64,000 bases of DNA from Sphingomonas sp. 32-66-10 (GTDB lineage: Bacteria; Pseudomonadota; Alphaproteobacteria; Sphingomonadales; Sphingomonadaceae): contig NCEF01000007.1 in assembly GCA_002280565.1 (NCBI GenBank), positions 16,138 to 80,137 on the forward strand. Reading direction: 5' to 3'. Positions 62,573 to 64,000 of this stretch are shown piece by piece. The notes under the pieces are model-generated. The model had not been told where the DNA came from, ran no database searches, and saw only the letters and a list, made by a program, of their open reading frames with translations. The first letter of the stretch is position 1. Every line of letters starts with the position of its first letter. Made by a program: the position numbers and the translations under genes.

Positions 62573-63144
62573 GGCTCCGATGTAACCTGCTCCGACCCGT
62601 TCGCAAGCTCTGCGGCATCGGTATCGTTGCCGAATACCGGCTCGCCGCGACGGCGGCGGTCGACAAACTCGGCGATGCTGGCGCTGGTGGCGTTGAGCAA
62701 CGGATAGGTGCGGCCGGCGGTCATCCATTCGGGGCGCTGGGCCGGGCCGCCGCTGACCGTATCGACCGCGAGCGCGACGAGCAGGAAGGCGAGGCTGGCA
62801 AGGATCAGCCCCTTGACCGCGCCGAAGCCGAGCCCGAGCGCGCGGTCGATGGGCCCAAGAAAGCCCGAGCGGGTACGCGATCCGATCGCATTGGCGATCA
62901 CGCGCCCGCCGAAATAGGCGATGCCGCCGAGCAGGGCGAAGGCGAGCACCGCGGCCCCCTGAACCGTCCCGACCGGTTCGGCCAGCGCGGCGGCGACGGG
63001 GGTGTGCAGGAAACGGATCGCCGCGACGACGAGCAGCCACGCCATCAGCGACAGGACTTCGGTGACGAAGCCGCGCACCGCGCCGGTGATCGCCGCCGCG
63101 CCGACGCCCAGCAGCACCAAGATGTCGATCGCCGTCAGTCCCAT
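62569..63144 (-). CDS. cvpA: CvpA family protein
   Basis: AIDILV, RGFVTEVLSL, DRALGLGFGAVKG. Confidence 0.9.
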   Translation of the reverse strand: MGLTAIDILVLLGVGAAAITGAVRGFVTEVLSLMAWLLVVAAIRFLHTPVAAALAEPVGTVQGAAVLAFALLGGIAYFGGRVIANAIGSRTRSGFLGPIDRALGLGFGAVKGLILASLAFLLVALAVDTVSGGPAQRPEWMTAGRTYPLLNATSASIAEFVDRRRRGEPVFGNDTDAAELANGSEQVTSEP

Positions 63145-63247
63145 TGCGCGCCTCCCCGCCCTGCCCGCCTCATAGCCTGCGCGTGCGGCTTGTCGAAGCC
63201 CCGATTTGTGCGCATGTCCCGCAGCACATCGCCATCGGAAGCTCCGC

Positions 63248-64000
63248 ATGACCGCCCATCACCCGCTCCGCGGCGCATCCTTGTTCATTTTCGGGCTGTT
63301 GCTGTTCGCGTGCCTCGACGTCACGGTCAAATATCTGGGGGCACGATACGACGTGCCGCTGATCGTCGCGATCCGCTATGCCTGCAATCTGGTGCTGATG
63401 ACCGCGCTGCTCGCGCCGCGTCGCGCTCCCGAGATGCTCCGTACCAAGCGCACCGGATGGGTGATTGCCCGCGCACTGGCGCTGTCGATCGGGTCGCTGT
63501 CGATCGGCCTTGCACTGCAGCGGATGCCGGTGGCCGAGACCAGCGCGATCCTGTTCTTCGCCCCGGTAGTGGTGATCCTCGCGGCCGGGCCGCTGCTTGG
63601 CGAGAGGGTCGGCGTGGCGGGCGTCGGCGCCGCGGCGCTGGGCTTTATCGGCGTGCTGTTCATCGTCCGGCCCGGCGGCGGGCTCGATCCGGTCGGCGTG
63701 CTGCTCGCCGGGGTCGGGATGGTAACCACGAGCATCTATCAGCTGTTGTCGCGCAGCCTGGCGCGCACCGAGAGCACGATCGCGCTGCTATTCTATACCA
63801 CGCTGACTGGCACGGTGATCTTTTGCGCGTTGGCTCCGTGGTTCATCCCCGACCGGATGCCCGGCGGGTTCGACCTGCTGCTATTGCTTAGCCTGGGCGT
63901 CTATGGCGGGTTGGGCCACTTCCTGTTCACCGCCGCCTATCGCGACACGCCGGCGTCGGTGCTGGCGTCGCTCAACTATCTGCAGTTGCTGTTCGTCGCG
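63248..64000 (+). CDS. DMT/EamA transporter (runs off the window)
   Basis: Manual translation: LLLFACLDVTVKYL...MPVAETSAILFFAP...LLGERV...GFIGVLFIVRPG. Confidence 0.88.
   Translation, partial: MTAHHPLRGASLFIFGLLLFACLDVTVKYLGARYDVPLIVAIRYACNLVLMTALLAPRRAPEMLRTKRTGWVIARALALSIGSLSIGLALQRMPVAETSAILFFAPVVVILAAGPLLGERVGVAGVGAAALGFIGVLFIVRPGGGLDPVGVLLAGVGMVTTSIYQLLSRSLARTESTIALLFYTTLTGTVIFCALAPWFIPDRMPGGFDLLLLLSLGVYGGLGHFLFTAAYRDTPASVLASLNYLQLLFVA

Overview
GC-rich alphaproteobacterial chromosomal core region. Gene content, gene order and repeat style point to Sphingomonadaceae (probably Sphingomonas); this is inferred from sequence only. It carries xerD, aroKB, dnaA, rpsT, mutM, ubiEB, coaBC, dut, moeB, pyk, a Phd/PIN toxin-antitoxin pair, ykgO, rnj, coaX, birA, the whole nuoA-N operon, suhB, efp, thiE, fba, pgk, gap, tkt, zapA-6S RNA-ygfA, an M1 aminopeptidase, a GAF-EAL protein, a KefC-type antiporter and cvpA. 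I saw no prophage, IS transposase, CRISPR array, tRNA or rRNA. Main oddities: (1) the nuo operon is interrupted at five junctions by six small, mostly tightly coupled extra ORFs, and at a sixth junction by a palindromic element; (2) several families of short gene-less paired-palindrome elements sit in intergenic gaps, possibly non-autonomous mobile units; (3) three clear lesions in conserved genes: a ~14-nt frameshifting deletion in nuoG that removes an Fe-S cysteine, loss of the native efp start, and an in-frame amber in an L,D-transpeptidase, any of which may be assembly error; (4) a dense GANTC cluster upstream of dnaA, candidate EcfG promoters, a serine-less alpha/beta-hydrolase lipoprotein, and several small ORFs missing from the ORF track.
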